DNA from: Barthelona sp. PAP020
Taxonomy: Eukaryota
Length of the DNA stretch: 20,000 nt
Assembly (NCBI GenBank): GCA_040182905.1
Contig: JARQWU010000021.1
Coordinates: forward strand, 60,783 to 80,782
Direction of reading: 5' to 3'
Below, one piece after another: positions 16,960 to 20,000 of the stretch. Position 1 is the first letter of the stretch, and the number at the start of each line of letters is the position of its first letter. Both the position numbers and the translations under genes were made by a program. Below the pieces are notes generated by a model. The model did no database searches, was not told the origin of the DNA, and saw only the letters and a program-made list of their open reading frames with translations.

Positions 16960-19113
16960 TTAAAAGCCCGAAGCAGCAGCGTCAATAACTCGATCGATTT
17001 CTTTTTGTAAAAGAGGAGGAATTCCAGGAACAGCAACTTCCAAGAACCCTCTAACAATAGCTGCGGTGGCTTGATCTTCAGTAAGGCCACGAGACATCAA
17101 ATAAGTAATTTTATCCTTACCAATACGTCCAACAGAAGCTTCATGGGACAATTCACAACCTTCTAAATTACCATCAATTTGAGGTATTGCCAAAACAACA
17201 CCATCTTTCACAATCCTATTTTCATCACAAACTTTTTCTTTGCAAATATCCTGTGACACACAACCGTCACATTTAGTTTTGATCAGGTTTTCACCAAATG
17301 TATCCCTTTTCATAATTAATCCTTGACATTCAACATGACCTGAACAATCAAACCCATTACCAATAATATGAGCCTTCATTATGTTCTTTGAATTGTTCAA
17401 ACTGATTCCACGAGAACTGATTTGACCAGAAGTTCCTTCACCATTTAAAATAATACGTGATCCAGCATCAATAACTGAATCTGGATGTGTGACCATAATT
17501 GAAGAAAAATGAGCTTTGGCATTTTTTCCATTTAAATGTGCAGTAGGATACATATTAACATGTTTAACAGGGGCTAAACATACATAATTAGACATGAAAT
17601 GACCTTCATCATCAACAACAGCAACAGAACGAGGTTTGACATCGATTTTTTCGTTCCAAGCATGGATCATTGTAAAACTAAGAGATGCATTCTTTCCAAC
17701 AAAAAATTCTGAAATACCATAATGAGAACCATCAGCGTGCGTTCCACAAGTACAACCGGAAACAACATGTAATTTTGAGTTTTCACAAGCAATAAGAATG
17801 TTATGAACAACTTGAATATTACTAGAATCCATATGAAGATTAGCTTGAACTGGAAACTCAGCTTGTGCCCCAGGATGTGCAATAATACAATAACCATTAA
17901 CATAATGCAATTGTTCTTGTTCATAAACATGTTTTGTAACATCATCTTTATCCTTATCAACTAATGTCCATAATTTCTCACGAACAAAATCATATTTTTC
18001 AATAGCTTCAGCCATTGGTATGATTTCAATACCATTTTGTGCTTGAGATGTAGTAATTCCAAGAGAATTATCTGTTTGCAAAAATACACCATTTGCATTT
18101 GGTACATGAATAATTTCTGGATGCTCCTCTTCTAAATCAAGTGTAATTCCAGTTTTTTTTACAAAATCAGTCTTTTGTTTGGATAAATCGGCCAAACCAA
18201 AAGAATCTGTGTCCATAGCAAAATTTAAAGCTGAATCATCATTAATATTAAGTTTGATAGGTTTAGATTTAGAGGCAACAGTTTTTTCAGTTGATTTTGT
18301 TGAAATGATTGGTTCGTTCTTCAATTGTTCAATCAACTCTTGTTGTTTAGAAACTACACTTCGACACCTACAATTGGTAGATGTACAACTGGAACAACTA
18401 CGATATCCACCTTTTTTAATATTTCTTAAAATACATCTGGGATTGCCACTACAGCGAAGCATTCCATCATCCATAACATGTCCAACATCACCATCAATAT
18501 AATCAAGAATATGTCCGGTATGAGTGATTATAAGAGCAGACCTGTTTCTGAAACCAATTTGGGCCGTGGTAGAATTTAGAAGATCAGCAATAATGTTTCC
18601 AATAAGTTCAATATTTTCAACATCAACCCCACTTTCAGGTTCATCTAACATTAAGAAAGATGGATTTTGCAATAACAATTGTAATGTCTCTGATCTTTTA
18701 ATTTCACCTCCAGAAAGTCCACCATTTATGTCTCTATGTAATAATTTAGACGTGTTTGTACGAGAAGAGAATTCAGAAAAATCTTGATCTGAAAGAAAAG
18801 AACAAAATCTTTCCAACTTTAAGCCAGGAATAGTTGGTGGTCTTTGGAACATCATACCAACACCAGCACGTGCTCGCTGATCTGTTGTCATGGAAGTGAC
18901 ATCAACACCATCAATAACAATTCTCCCTTTCGTTATTGTATAATCACCAGTGCCCATAATAGCATTTAACAAAGTTGATTTCCCAGAACCATTTGAACCA
19001 AAAAGAACATGAACTTCTCCTTTTTTAATTGTTAAATTGATTCCATGAAGAATTTCCCTTTCATCACAAGAAACATGAAGATCTTCAATAAGAATAGTTA
19101 TATCGTTATTCAT
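16960..19113 (-). CDS. sufCB: Fused SufC-SufB (SmsCB, SUF-like minimal system) Fe-S cluster scaffold
   Basis: N-terminal ABC ATPase: GSNGSGKST, FQRPP, LSGGEIKRSE, LDEPESGVD, IITHTGHILDY, ending in C-x18-C-x2-C. C-terminal SufB/D domain: HYGISEFFV, SFTMIHAW, GHVECQGL, ELSHEASVGRI, YLMSRGLTEDQA..IVRGFL. One uninterrupted 717-aa ORF. Confidence 0.95.
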   Translation of the reverse strand: MNNDITILIEDLHVSCDEREILHGINLTIKKGEVHVLFGSNGSGKSTLLNAIMGTGDYTITKGRIVIDGVDVTSMTTDQRARAGVGMMFQRPPTIPGLKLERFCSFLSDQDFSEFSSRTNTSKLLHRDINGGLSGGEIKRSETLQLLLQNPSFLMLDEPESGVDVENIELIGNIIADLLNSTTAQIGFRNRSALIITHTGHILDYIDGDVGHVMDDGMLRCSGNPRCILRNIKKGGYRSCSSCTSTNCRCRSVVSKQQELIEQLKNEPIISTKSTEKTVASKSKPIKLNINDDSALNFAMDTDSFGLADLSKQKTDFVKKTGITLDLEEEHPEIIHVPNANGVFLQTDNSLGITTSQAQNGIEIIPMAEAIEKYDFVREKLWTLVDKDKDDVTKHVYEQEQLHYVNGYCIIAHPGAQAEFPVQANLHMDSSNIQVVHNILIACENSKLHVVSGCTCGTHADGSHYGISEFFVGKNASLSFTMIHAWNEKIDVKPRSVAVVDDEGHFMSNYVCLAPVKHVNMYPTAHLNGKNAKAHFSSIMVTHPDSVIDAGSRIILNGEGTSGQISSRGISLNNSKNIMKAHIIGNGFDCSGHVECQGLIMKRDTFGENLIKTKCDGCVSQDICKEKVCDENRIVKDGVVLAIPQIDGNLEGCELSHEASVGRIGKDKITYLMSRGLTEDQATAAIVRGFLEVAVPGIPPLLQKEIDRVIDAAASGF

Positions 19114-19262
19114 CTATTTTGTGTTATCAATAAAAAAAACAAATGAGAAAACACTTGAAAACAAAAATTTGAAAGGGTCATCAGCTTTTCAATCAAGATA
19201 ATTCTGGAACAATTTTTTTTTTCAATTAATGATTGACATTTGAAGATTTTTTGATTAATTTA

Positions 19263-19562
19263 ATGTCTAATCCATTTATTGGTAAAAGAAGATTTCCTTT
19301 TATCGATTATGATTTACCTTTGAAATATTTCAATTATGAAAATTATTTGAAGACAAAAAAACCAATCCATTTGAAAAAAAATGAAGATCAGTGTATTGAT
19401 TGTGGTTCAAAGAGATTTCTTCAAAAATGTTCTTTTTGTGAATTTTCTTTTTGTGAAAATTGTTTGCAAATTTGCAAAGATTGTGATGTAAAAATATGTG
19501 AATTGTGTTTAGTAGCTGAAGAAATGAGATTTTTAGGTGATATTTGTTCAAATTGCGTTTAA
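19263..19562 (+). CDS. Siva-like Cys-rich zinc-finger protein (99 aa from the ATG at 19263)
   Basis: Six CxxC pairs spaced 8,4,3,4,12 running to the C-terminus, like the Siva C-terminal zinc-binding region. N-terminal KRRFPF..LPLK resembles the Siva N-terminal KRxxPF motif. Confidence 0.65.
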   Translation: MSNPFIGKRRFPFIDYDLPLKYFNYENYLKTKKPIHLKKNEDQCIDCGSKRFLQKCSFCEFSFCENCLQICKDCDVKICELCLVAEEMRFLGDICSNCV

Positions 19563-19965
19563 CTACTTATTTGTTTTTTGAAAGTGTGTAATTTTCATTT
19601 TTCAATTATTTTATTTGTTTTTGATCAATATTTTTTTATTTAAATTTAAAAATCTTTTCTGTCTTGATAAAATCGGATTGTCTTGTTTTCTATTTTGAAC
19701 AATTTTATTGCATATAGTTTGAAATATTTTTGACACTTTTGTTTGCAGGTAAAGTTTTTTGTAAATTGTTTTTTTTTTTTGATTTTGTTTGAATGATTGA
19801 ATTTTTGATGGAATATAAACTCCAAGTTTTTCAGCAATTAAAGTTCTATATTATTATATTAGGGCAATTTTTATCATTGTAAATGTGAAGTATTTCAAAT
19901 TCCTCATTGAAGAGTTAGTGATTTGAAGAATTCATGGGTGTTTTTTTTTTTTTTTTCAATTTCAA

Positions 19966-20000
19966 ATGGAAACACTTCTAGAACAAGGCAAAGAATATTT
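19966..20000 (+). CDS. Possible start of the next gene (METLLEQGKEY...), truncated by the window end
   Basis: An ATG follows a poly-T tract and the frame stays open to the window edge. Only 11 codons are visible. Confidence 0.3.
   Translation, partial: METLLEQGKEY

Noticed and set aside
19600..19870. Lys-rich open frames on the minus strand (ORF 19646..19837 and a second frame after a CTAA..TAG acceptor-like site)
   Set aside because: Low complexity, no ATG or matching donor within the window, and no family resemblance.
1..20000. CRISPR arrays, transposons, tRNA/rRNA genes and prokaryotic operon signals
   Set aside because: No repeat-spacer array, transposase/RT ORF, terminal repeats, cloverleaf or rRNA-like sequence seen. 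The context is eukaryotic.

Overview
AT-rich, gene-dense, intron-poor eukaryotic (protist) nuclear DNA, not bacterial or phage. In order: the 3' end of an unknown gene, an ATP-grasp ligase-like protein, an Erf4/GOLGA7-like membrane protein, and a spliced secreted precursor with 8 saposin-like units. Then a PLK4-like protein with a degenerate kinase domain, head-to-head with a lebercilin-like coiled-coil protein, followed by profilin, Sey1/RHD3 GTPase, Utp22/NOL6, a fused SufC-SufB (SmsCB) Fe-S scaffold and a Siva-like zinc finger. The fused SmsCB points to an anaerobic protist, possibly a free-living metamonad (inference only). Most notable: the archaeal-type SmsCB fusion with an extra four-Cys insertion; a probable PLK4 pseudokinase; the 8-unit saposin polyprotein; an in-frame TAG in an apparently coding NOL6 N-terminus; and two short GTATGT introns with identical branch-point-to-AG spacing. 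All family calls come from motif recognition by eye, with no database search.
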